Shown: positions 25,538 through 32,994 of the stretch, piece after piece
Layout of the letters: each line of letters begins with the position of its first letter
How positions within the stretch are numbered: position 1 is the stretch's first letter
From: Acidobacteriota bacterium
Lineage (GTDB): Bacteria > Acidobacteriota > Vicinamibacteria > Vicinamibacterales > JACPPN01
Assembly: GCA_016190995.1 (NCBI GenBank)
Contig: JACPPN010000241.1
Location: 1 to 53,860 of the forward strand
Direction of reading: 5' to 3'
Length of the DNA stretch: 53,860 nt
Program-made: the position numbers and the translations under genes
Notes under the pieces: generated by a model
Databases searched by the model: none
Told to the model about the DNA's origin: nothing
The model's input: only the letters and a program-made list of their open reading frames with translations

Positions 25538-26812
25538 TCACGCGCGACCGAACCGCGCCGCGGCACAGACGATAAGCGTCGGGTCGATGATGGGAATGCG
25601 GAAGCGCTCCTGCGGAAAATACACCAGACAGACGAGCACGGCCGATCCGGCGAGCAGCCATAACGTGACAGGCCGCCGCTTTGCGCGCCACATCTTCAGG
25701 AAGCCGGCAACGGCCAATGGCAGCGTGACGCCGTACGCCAGCACGGACGCGGCGTAGTACCGCATGGAGTGCAGCCGGTACGACGGCCCGATCGGAACCC
25801 ACACATAGAAGAACTTTCGCACGAGGAGCCAGCTCCAGTCGACCGGATGCGCGGCGATGTACGCCAACGCCTCGCGATAGTAGATCGGCTCGAGTTGTTC
25901 GGCGGTCAGACCCGGGTGCCGGCGCCGGAGCTCGATATCGGCGCGCTTGATTTCCGGATTTGCCGCCATGTCGCCCTCGCCGCGCGCCAGTGGGTTGTTG
26001 CCCGTCCAGAACGTAATGCCGCCCTGCGAGGACACCAGCACGACCCGCTCGTACTGGCGGACGTTCCTGACGGTCCAAGGCGCCAGCACAAGCAATGTGG
26101 CGGCGGCGAATGCGACGCCAGGCCGCCAAGCGCGGTGCCACCCGAGCCACGCGACGACCAGGAGGACGAAGTAGATCGTCGCCGGCCGCGTGAGAATCGC
26201 CGCGCCGGTCAGGATGCCGGCGGCGGCGACCGGCGCCACAGACGAGCGGTGGCGATCGAGCTCGCGATCGACGGCTGGACCGAGCAGCGCCGCTGCCGCG
26301 AGAGCCAAGACCGAGTAGAGCGTTTCGCTGAGCGCATAGGCGCAGATCCAGACGAGCGGCGGATACACCGCCGTCAGAAACGCTGCCGCAACCCCGGCGC
26401 GCCTGCCTGCCACCCGTCGCGCCAGTCCGCTCACAATCCAGACACCCAGCGCGCCGAGGAACGCCTGCACGATCTTCAACGGCGCGGGGGTCGATTGCGG
26501 ATCCCGCTCGAGCGCGCCGCGACCGACGACCGCCGCCACGAACAACGGATAGACGGGAACCCGTCCGAACTGTTCGGGCGGCAGCTCGTCTTCGCGAACC
26601 GGCGGCGTGTCGTACGCGAACCCCCGTCCGCTGGCGAGATTCTTTGCGAGCGCCAGATACTCCCGCTCGTCGTGTGTCAAAGGCCGGCCGAGCCAGTACG
26701 TCAGGCCGAATCCGAGCCGCAGGATCAAGCCGAGCACGACGGCGACGAGGATGAGACGCCGCGCCCGATCAGTGCTAGGCGGCAACGCGGCGTGGTTGAT
26801 CGCGGTGGTCAT
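25538..26812 (-). CDS. GT-C membrane glycosyltransferase, ArnT/PMT family
   Basis: 424 aa and polytopic. The first-loop motif 'PLTHDEREYLALAKNLASGRGFAY' resembles the ArnT/PMT 'DExRYA' loop. Confidence 0.8.
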   Translation of the reverse strand: MTTAINHAALPPSTDRARRLILVAVVLGLILRLGFGLTYWLGRPLTHDEREYLALAKNLASGRGFAYDTPPVREDELPPEQFGRVPVYPLFVAAVVGRGALERDPQSTPAPLKIVQAFLGALGVWIVSGLARRVAGRRAGVAAAFLTAVYPPLVWICAYALSETLYSVLALAAAALLGPAVDRELDRHRSSVAPVAAAGILTGAAILTRPATIYFVLLVVAWLGWHRAWRPGVAFAAATLLVLAPWTVRNVRQYERVVLVSSQGGITFWTGNNPLARGEGDMAANPEIKRADIELRRRHPGLTAEQLEPIYYREALAYIAAHPVDWSWLLVRKFFYVWVPIGPSYRLHSMRYYAASVLAYGVTLPLAVAGFLKMWRAKRRPVTLWLLAGSAVLVCLVYFPQERFRIPIIDPTLIVCAAARFGRA

Positions 26813-26845
26813 GAGCGGGAACGGCGTGCGGCCCGAGCCGGCGCG

Positions 26846-27715
26846 TCAGTCCTGATAATTGCGCCCCTCGAATCGCAAGGCGGCGATCTGTTCCGAGACG
26901 AGGCCGACCAGGAACACGATGACGGACAGCATGATGAGCAGCACGGACGAGTTCGTCACGTGCGATTGCGTCGCGATCGTCCACGCGGCGTACCCTGCGC
27001 CGACGAGGAACGCAACGCCGCTCACCGGGAGGAACACACGCAGCGGACTGAAGATCGTGATTACCCTCAGGAGAATCAGGAAGAACTTGACGCCGTCGCG
27101 GGCGAGCCGGATCTTGCTGTGACCCACCCGCGGTCGTGCCTCGGTCGGCTCGAATCCGACGTTGTATCCCGCCTTGATGAACGCCAGCGTCGTCGTGGTC
27201 GGAGTCGAGAACCCGTTCGGCAACAGGTGCAGGAACTCGCGCAGGTACACCCGCCGTGCGGCCCGAAAGCCGGATGTCAGATCCGGGATCGGATGTCCCG
27301 TGAGATAGCTTGCGAGCCAGTTCAGCAGCCGATTGCCCCACAGCCGCACCGCGTTGGCCTGCGAGGCGCTCGCGCGCGCCCCGACGACGAGATCGTACTC
27401 GCCGAGTCGTGCGACGAGCCGTGTCGCATCGTCGGCGCGATGCTGCCCGTCACCGTCGAGGATCAGGACGAACTCGCCGGTCGCGCGGCGGATGCCGGTC
27501 TTCACCGCCGCGCCATTGCCTTTGTTGTACGGATGGCGGATGACTTCGGCGCCCGCCCCGACGGCGCGGGTCGCCGTCTCGTCCGACGACCCATCATCGA
27601 CGACCAGGATCTCGTGCCACCTGGCCGCCGAGCGTAGCGCGGCCACGACCTCGCCGATGGCCGCGGCTTCGTTGCAGGCCGGAATGACGATCGAGGTCGA
27701 TCCCGCGTCGGCCAT
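26846..27715 (-). CDS. GT2, GtrB/ArnC-like polyprenyl-phosphate glycosyltransferase with C-terminal TM pair
   Basis: 'SIVIPACNEAAAIGEVV...ILVVDDGSSDET...YNKGNGAAVKTGI...VLILDGDGQH' is followed by two C-terminal hydrophobic helices ('ITIFSPLRVFLPVSGVAFLVGAGY', 'VLLIMLSVIVFLVGLV'). Confidence 0.85.
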   Translation of the reverse strand: MADAGSTSIVIPACNEAAAIGEVVAALRSAARWHEILVVDDGSSDETATRAVGAGAEVIRHPYNKGNGAAVKTGIRRATGEFVLILDGDGQHRADDATRLVARLGEYDLVVGARASASQANAVRLWGNRLLNWLASYLTGHPIPDLTSGFRAARRVYLREFLHLLPNGFSTPTTTTLAFIKAGYNVGFEPTEARPRVGHSKIRLARDGVKFFLILLRVITIFSPLRVFLPVSGVAFLVGAGYAAWTIATQSHVTNSSVLLIMLSVIVFLVGLVSEQIAALRFEGRNYQD

Positions 27716-28717
27716 TCAGCGTTCCCAGCCTTCCGGCCGTCTCGTGCTGGCCGCGAGCTCGCGCGGCGACGCGGCGTCGGACAGCTCGATGGACCGGACG
27801 CGGTACAGAAGATCTTCGATGAGCTTGCGGTTGCCGGAGATGACGTCGGCAAGCAGCCCGATGAGCAGCGTCTGGAATCCGACAATCATCAGGACCGCTG
27901 ACAGAATCAGCGACTGCAGGTGACCGAGACCGTCACCGATGTAGTAGTAGTAGAGAAACCGCGCCGAGATCAGGAACCCGCCGGTGAAAATGAGCAACCC
28001 GATGTACGTAAACACCTTCAGCGGCTCGTACATCGCGTAGATCCGCACGATCGTCGCGGCCGATTTCTTGATGTACGAGAAGACGCTGCCGAACAGCCGC
28101 GAGTCGCGGGTGCGGGGATTCGTGCTCACCGGGACATGCGCGATCGCCATCCGCTGCTTGCCTGCCTGGATGATCGATTCGAGCGTGTACGAGAACTCCG
28201 AGATGATCGTCATGTGCAAGGCGGCGTCCCGCGTGTAGGCGCGCAGGCCACTGGTCGTGTCCGGCACCTGCGTGTTCGAGACCTGCCGGACGACCCAGCT
28301 TCCGAGACGTTGCAGCCACTTGCGCGTGGCGGTGAGATGCTCGAGCTCCCGGATATTACGATCGCCGATGACGATGTCCGCGTCGCCGGCGATGAGCGGC
28401 GCCAGCAGCTTCGGGATGTCCTGCCCCGTGTACTGGTTGTCGCCGTCGGTGTTGACGATGTAATCGGCCCCGAGCTTCAGGCAGGCATCGATGCCGGCGC
28501 CGAACGCGGCCGCCAGCCCTTTACGGCGGCGAAAGCGCACGATGTGGTGAACCCCGCAGCTTCGCGCCACCGACACCGTGTCGTCCTGCGAACCGTCATC
28601 GATGACCAGCGTTTCGATGCGATCGATTCCGGGAATGCTTGGCGGTAGATCGCGGAGCGTCGCCGGCAGCGTCGCTGCCTCGTTGAGGCACGGGATCTGG
28701 ATGATGAGCTTTGCCAC
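27716..28717 (-). CDS. GT2, GtrB/ArnC-like polyprenyl-phosphate glycosyltransferase with C-terminal TM pair (tandem paralog)
   Basis: The likely GTG start at 28717 ('VAKLIIQIPCLNEAATL') follows the upstream TAG at 28725; the track ORF to 28870 overlaps the upstream gene. 'LVIDDGSQDDT...NTDGDNQY' is followed by two C-terminal TM helices. Its stop directly abuts the next start (TGAATG). Confidence 0.8.
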   Translation of the reverse strand: MAKLIIQIPCLNEAATLPATLRDLPPSIPGIDRIETLVIDDGSQDDTVSVARSCGVHHIVRFRRRKGLAAAFGAGIDACLKLGADYIVNTDGDNQYTGQDIPKLLAPLIAGDADIVIGDRNIRELEHLTATRKWLQRLGSWVVRQVSNTQVPDTTSGLRAYTRDAALHMTIISEFSYTLESIIQAGKQRMAIAHVPVSTNPRTRDSRLFGSVFSYIKKSAATIVRIYAMYEPLKVFTYIGLLIFTGGFLISARFLYYYYIGDGLGHLQSLILSAVLMIVGFQTLLIGLLADVISGNRKLIEDLLYRVRSIELSDAASPRELAASTRRPEGWER

Positions 28718-28724
28718 GAGCGGA

Positions 28725-29768
28725 CTACCCGACCACGAGCTTCTCGACGACGCCGTCCCAGGTGACTTGGCGCGCCCGATCATGCCCCGCATCCCCAAGG
28801 CGTGCGGCGCGGCGACGATCCGCCGCGAGATCGTTGATCGCCACCGCGACCCCGTCGGGTCGCGCCTCACAGATCCGTCCGTTGACGTCGTCGATCACGA
28901 ATTCCAGCGGACCTCCCGAATCAACGGCCGTAATGACCGGCTTGCGCGCCAGGAAGGCCTCGAGCGTCACGTACCCATAATCCTCGTCGAAGGGCGCGTA
29001 AGCGACGGCGAGGGCGCCCGCATACAACTCGATCAACGCTTCGTCGTCGATCGTGCCGAGGAAATCCACACGATCCGCGACGCCTGCCTCCTCGGCGAGG
29101 CGTTCCACCGCAGGCCGGGCGGTCCCGTCGCCCGCCACAACGAGACGAACCGGCCGGTCGACGTGGCCCATCGCCTGCACCAGCAGGTCGACCCGCTTGA
29201 CCGCCTCGATGCGGCCGACCGACAACACGTAGTCGCCATACGGGCCCGGGCGCAGGCGATCGGCGAGCCGCGGGGGATGGTACAGCGGTTCGGCCTCCAG
29301 GCCTGTGTACTTCCGCAACCGGTCCGCCGTGTTGCGCGCGTTCGAGAAGAGGCGGCGGCACTCGGAGAGCATCTCGCGGTCGAGGCGCATCAGCGTGTCG
29401 CGGAGCCCGACATCGCTCTCGATGAAATCGAAATCGCTGTAGGGCGTCCCGCACAGATCGTACGCGGCCCGATACTGGTGGATGAGCCACGCCACCTTGT
29501 TCGGGTGCCGAACGAAGTACGATGGGAACTTCGATCCGATCGCCAGATCGACCGGCTGGCCGTTGCTCTCGGCGAGGTCGATCAGACGCCAGGCGGCCGC
29601 GTGCGCGAGGATTTCTTCCTTCGGGTACCACTTGAAGGGAATGCTAACCAGCTCGGCGTCGTACCCCTGGGCGCGCAGTTGGTTGACGAGTTCCCGGACG
29701 TGGTATTCGGCTCCGCCCCGAACGAACGGAACCTGCGCCTCGCAGACGACCACGGTCCGCACCGCCAT
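28725..29768 (-). CDS. Glycosyltransferase family 4 (GT-B)
   Basis: 347 aa. 'VLSVGRIEAVKRVDLLVQAM...LVVAGDGT...ALAVAYAPFDEDYGYVTLEAFLARKPVIT' is the GT4 C-terminal signature. Confidence 0.85.
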   Translation of the reverse strand: MAVRTVVVCEAQVPFVRGGAEYHVRELVNQLRAQGYDAELVSIPFKWYPKEEILAHAAAWRLIDLAESNGQPVDLAIGSKFPSYFVRHPNKVAWLIHQYRAAYDLCGTPYSDFDFIESDVGLRDTLMRLDREMLSECRRLFSNARNTADRLRKYTGLEAEPLYHPPRLADRLRPGPYGDYVLSVGRIEAVKRVDLLVQAMGHVDRPVRLVVAGDGTARPAVERLAEEAGVADRVDFLGTIDDEALIELYAGALAVAYAPFDEDYGYVTLEAFLARKPVITAVDSGGPLEFVIDDVNGRICEARPDGVAVAINDLAADRRRAARLGDAGHDRARQVTWDGVVEKLVVG

Positions 29769-29941
29769 CGATTCTGGTCTCGTGCTCCTTGGTGCCCCGT
29801 CTCGTCATGACGGCTGCACTTGGCCGCCCTTGCATCCCGCCTTCACCCCACCGCGCAAACCACGCGCGTCGGGGGCCCTGGGTGTGACGCCGTAATTACG
29901 AGACGGACCACTCAGCAGGAAGGTGTGCGGCCGAGATCGTA

Positions 29942-31024
29942 TCACGTGGCAAAGCGGATGTTGATCACGTCGCCGTCGGCCACCACGTACTCTTTGCCTT
30001 CGAGTCTGACCTCGCCATGGTCGCGGCAGGCCGCGTAGGAGCCGCGCCCAATCAGGCGCTCGTACGCCACGACTTCCGCCCGGATGAAGCCGCGAGCGAT
30101 GTCGCTGTGAATCTCACCGGCCGCGACCTGAGCAGGCAGGCCGCGCGGAATCGACCAGGCGCGGCATTCATCCTCGCCGACGGTGAAAAACGAGATGTAG
30201 CCGAGCAGCTCGTAGGTCGCGCGGATCACGCGATCGAGTCCTGACTCGGCGAGGCCAAGATCAGCCATGAATGCGGCCGCATCCATCTTGTCGAGCTGAC
30301 CGATTTCCCACTCGATCTTCGCGCATACGGGCACTGCGCGTGTCGCCGCGCCGGTCAGAAACTCCACGAGCCCCGCGAGCTCGGGTGCACGGGCAGCGTT
30401 CGGCAGATCCGCCTCGTCGAGGTTGAGGACGAGCAAGAGCGGCTTCGCCGAGAAGAACTGGAATCCTCGAAGGCGCTTCATCTCGTCGGGCGCCAGATCG
30501 AGCGCGCGCAGCGGACGGCCGTTCTCGAGCGCCTCCCGGCATCGCATCAGGACGTCTCGTTCCGCCTGCAGTTCGCGACCCGCGCCCTTCTTCATGTCTC
30601 GGTCGATCCGCTCGATACGCCGTTCCGCCACGACGAGATCCGCCAGAATCAGCTCGCTTTCCATCGCTTGCGCGTCGCGTACCGGGCTGATCGGGCCGGG
30701 CTCGTGCGGAATCGATGCATTGCGGAACATTCGGATCACGTGCAGAAGCGCGTCGGCACTGCGAAACGCGGGCGCGTCGACCAGCGCCTGCACATCGCGC
30801 CCCGGAATAGCCGGGTCGACGAATTCGACCGTGGCCGGCACTTTCTTCCGCGGGTTGTACATCGCCGTCAGGCGTTCGAGCCGCTCGTCGGGAACGCGCG
30901 CAATGCCGACGTTCGGTTCGGCTTTTCGCGGGGCGGCGCGCGGCAGGTCGTGCGCGCTCGTCATCACGTGGAAGAGGGTGGTCTTGCCGACCGAGGGGAA
31001 ACCGATGAGAGCAGCGCGGAGCAT
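29942..31024 (-). CDS. ychF: Redox-regulated ATPase YchF (Obg-like)
   Basis: The start ATG at 31024 gives 'MLRAALIGFPSVGKTTLF' (P-loop). The C-terminal TGS-like end is 'AGEIHSDIARGFIRAEVV...GEVRLEGKEYVVADGDVINIRFA'. Confidence 0.9.
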   Translation of the reverse strand: MLRAALIGFPSVGKTTLFHVMTSAHDLPRAAPRKAEPNVGIARVPDERLERLTAMYNPRKKVPATVEFVDPAIPGRDVQALVDAPAFRSADALLHVIRMFRNASIPHEPGPISPVRDAQAMESELILADLVVAERRIERIDRDMKKGAGRELQAERDVLMRCREALENGRPLRALDLAPDEMKRLRGFQFFSAKPLLLVLNLDEADLPNAARAPELAGLVEFLTGAATRAVPVCAKIEWEIGQLDKMDAAAFMADLGLAESGLDRVIRATYELLGYISFFTVGEDECRAWSIPRGLPAQVAAGEIHSDIARGFIRAEVVAYERLIGRGSYAACRDHGEVRLEGKEYVVADGDVINIRFAT

Positions 31025-31195
31025 GACGTCACGGCCGCGGGGTGCCTGTCCGCCCTGACTTGCCGCTTGGTTGGCGGAACGGCCGCCGGCAGATCTGCAC
31101 ATGCTAGCACGCGGCCGCACAGCTCAGCCTTGTTTCGCCTATTTGTTCGCCTAGCGAAAGTTAGACGTAAGATGCTGAAAAACATGATTTTGCCG

Positions 31196-31224
31196 TTGAC
31201 ACTGCAGAGCAGCTTCTCTACTAT
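31196..31224 (+). promoter_or_regulatory. Candidate sigma70-type dcw/mraZ promoter
   Basis: TTGACA (31196-31201), an exact 17-nt spacer, and TACTAT (31219-31224), lying in the only AT-enriched stretch of the ychF-mraZ divergent region. Confidence 0.5.
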
Positions 31225-31228
31225 TCGC

Positions 31229-31253
31229 GTGGACTTTGGTGGAGCAAAGTGGA
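31229..31253 (+). promoter_or_regulatory. Three direct GTGGA repeats at exact 10-bp phasing (candidate MraZ operator)
   Basis: GTGGA occurs at 31229, 31239 and 31249 ('GTGGActttgGTGGAgcaaaGTGGAg'), immediately downstream of the -10 element. The architecture matches the reported MraZ boxes (three TGGGN/GTGG-type repeats with 5-nt spacers). Confidence 0.5.
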
Positions 31254-31704
31254 GTCCACTGGCGTGTTGCGGGGCAACTACTCAGCCAAAATCGACGAGA
31301 AGGGTCGACTGAAGATCCCGAACGCCTTCCGGGCGGTCCTGCAAGAGCAGTACGGGGTCGAGGTGTTCGTCACCAGCCTCACGGGCGAGTGCGTCCGCAT
31401 CTATCCGATGCCGGTCTGGATCACGCTCGAGACCAAGCTGGCCGGCGTACCGTCGAGCCATCCGTCTCGCGCACGCTTTTTCGATCGGGTCAACTTCTTC
31501 GGTCAGCCGGCCGAGCTCGACAAGCAGGGACGGATCGTCATCCATCAGCGCCTGCGCGAGTCGGCCAACATGGTCGGCGAGGTTGACGTCTTCGGCCAAT
31601 ACAACTACCTCGACATCTGGAACCACGATCGCTTCACGGCGAAGCTGTCACGCGAGCCACTGACCGACGACGACCTACGCGCGCTGGCGCAGTTCGGAAT
31701 CTGA
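31249..31704 (+). CDS. mraZ: Transcriptional regulator MraZ
   Basis: 'LRGNYSAKIDEKGRLKIPNAFR' and a second 'LDKQGRIVIHQRLRE' are the duplicated DxxxR/SpoVT-AbrB MraZ motifs. The track start is GTG 31249. GTG 31264 (GGAG at 31251-31254, 9 nt upstream) gives the usual MxxG N-terminus and may be the real start. Confidence 0.9.
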   Translation: MESTGVLRGNYSAKIDEKGRLKIPNAFRAVLQEQYGVEVFVTSLTGECVRIYPMPVWITLETKLAGVPSSHPSRARFFDRVNFFGQPAELDKQGRIVIHQRLRESANMVGEVDVFGQYNYLDIWNHDRFTAKLSREPLTDDDLRALAQFGI

Positions 31705-31709
31705 GTCTG

Positions 31710-32597
31710 ATGGATGAGCACCAGCCAGTCATGGTGTCCGAGGTGGTCGCGCAACTGGCGCCGTCCCGCGGCGGCTTGTTCGTCGACTGCACGGTCGGGC
31801 TCGGCGGTCACGCTCGAGCGTTGCTCGAAGGGGGCGCGACACGAGTCATCGGGCTGGATCGCGATCGCGATGCACTCGAGCTGGCCCGGAGCCGGCTGGC
31901 CGCCTGGGGGGATCGCGTGGAGCTTGTCCACGCGGACTATCGGGACCTCGGCCGCATCCTCGACGCGCGTCAGGTTGCCACGGTCAATGGAGCGCTGGCC
32001 GATCTCGGCCTTTCCTCGATGCAGCTCGAGGCGCAGGGCCGCGGGTTCAGCTTTCGGCGAGACGAGCCGCTCGACATGCGCATGGATCGATCGTCGGGTC
32101 GGACGGCTGCCGAGCTGCTCCGTGACAGCTCTGAATCGGAGCTGGCCGACGTGATTCATCGCTTCGGTGAGGAGCGATACGCCCGGCGAATCGCGCGCGC
32201 GATTGTGGAGGCGCCGCGCCGGTCGCCGGTCGAGACGACGGGGCAGCTCGCGGCGATTGTGCGGGGCGCGATGCCGCGTCGCCGGTACGGGCGCATCGAT
32301 CCGGCGACACGGACGTTTCAGGCCATCCGGATCTGGGTGAATCGCGAGCTGGAAGGGCTCGATGGCTTCCTCGAGGCGGCGGTGCGCCGCCTCGCCGCTG
32401 CAAGCCGGCTGGTGGTCATCACGTTTCATTCGCTGGAGGATCGCATCGTCAAGCATGCGTTCCGCGCGCTCGAGCGGTCCGAAGAGGTGGCCTTGCAGAT
32501 CGTGACCAGGCGACCGCTCGTGCCCTCTGAGGATGAGGTCGAAGGGAACCCGCGGGCCCGGAGCGCAAAGCTGCGCGCAATCGAGAGGCTGGCATGA
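31710..32597 (+). CDS. rsmH: 16S rRNA (cytosine1402-N4)-methyltransferase RsmH
   Basis: The 'HQPVMVSEVV', 'FVDCTVGLGGHARALLE', 'GALADLGLSSMQLE', 'VITFHSLEDRIVK' and 'NPRARSAKLRA' blocks are all present. Confidence 0.95.
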   Translation: MDEHQPVMVSEVVAQLAPSRGGLFVDCTVGLGGHARALLEGGATRVIGLDRDRDALELARSRLAAWGDRVELVHADYRDLGRILDARQVATVNGALADLGLSSMQLEAQGRGFSFRRDEPLDMRMDRSSGRTAAELLRDSSESELADVIHRFGEERYARRIARAIVEAPRRSPVETTGQLAAIVRGAMPRRRYGRIDPATRTFQAIRIWVNRELEGLDGFLEAAVRRLAAASRLVVITFHSLEDRIVKHAFRALERSEEVALQIVTRRPLVPSEDEVEGNPRARSAKLRAIERLA

Positions 32598-32986
32598 GTC
32601 CTCGGGACTTCGAGTACGGGATCAAGAAGGACGTCCGCAACAACGCGATCGTCCGGGAGATCGATCAGGCGCGGCAGCGCGAACTGTGGCGGTCGATGGG
32701 CGTGTGGATGTTCTTCGTCGCCGTCGTTCTGTTCTCGGCATGGCAGCACTTCGAGTTGCTGCGTCACGGATATCGCGTCGAGCGCATGCAGCAGGAGCGT
32801 CGGGCCGAAGAGGAAATCCGCCGGCATCTGCAGCTCGAGATCGAAACGCTACGGTCGCCCAAACGGATCGAGCGGCTCGCCATGGAGAAGTTGCACCTGA
32901 TCGTACCAGGGCGTGACGAAGCGATCGTCATCGAGCGGGCGGTGGCCTCGCCGCCCGCGGGGAAATCGGTCGTCGCGTCGCGCTAG
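32594..32986 (+). CDS. ftsL: Cell division protein FtsL-like (single TM plus coiled coil)
   Basis: 130 aa, in the conserved position, with a 4-nt overlap onto rsmH. It has the TM segment 'MGVWMFFVAVVLFSAW', then a heptad-rich segment and 'PKRIERLAMEKLHLIVP'. Confidence 0.7.
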   Translation: MSPRDFEYGIKKDVRNNAIVREIDQARQRELWRSMGVWMFFVAVVLFSAWQHFELLRHGYRVERMQQERRAEEEIRRHLQLEIETLRSPKRIERLAMEKLHLIVPGRDEAIVIERAVASPPAGKSVVASR

Positions 32987-32994
32987 GAGTTGAC

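Noticed and set aside
25769-27637. 622-aa plus-strand ORF across the GT-C and GT2 genes
   Set aside because: It is an antisense shadow ORF, Arg/Asp/Glu-rich, with no domain signatures.
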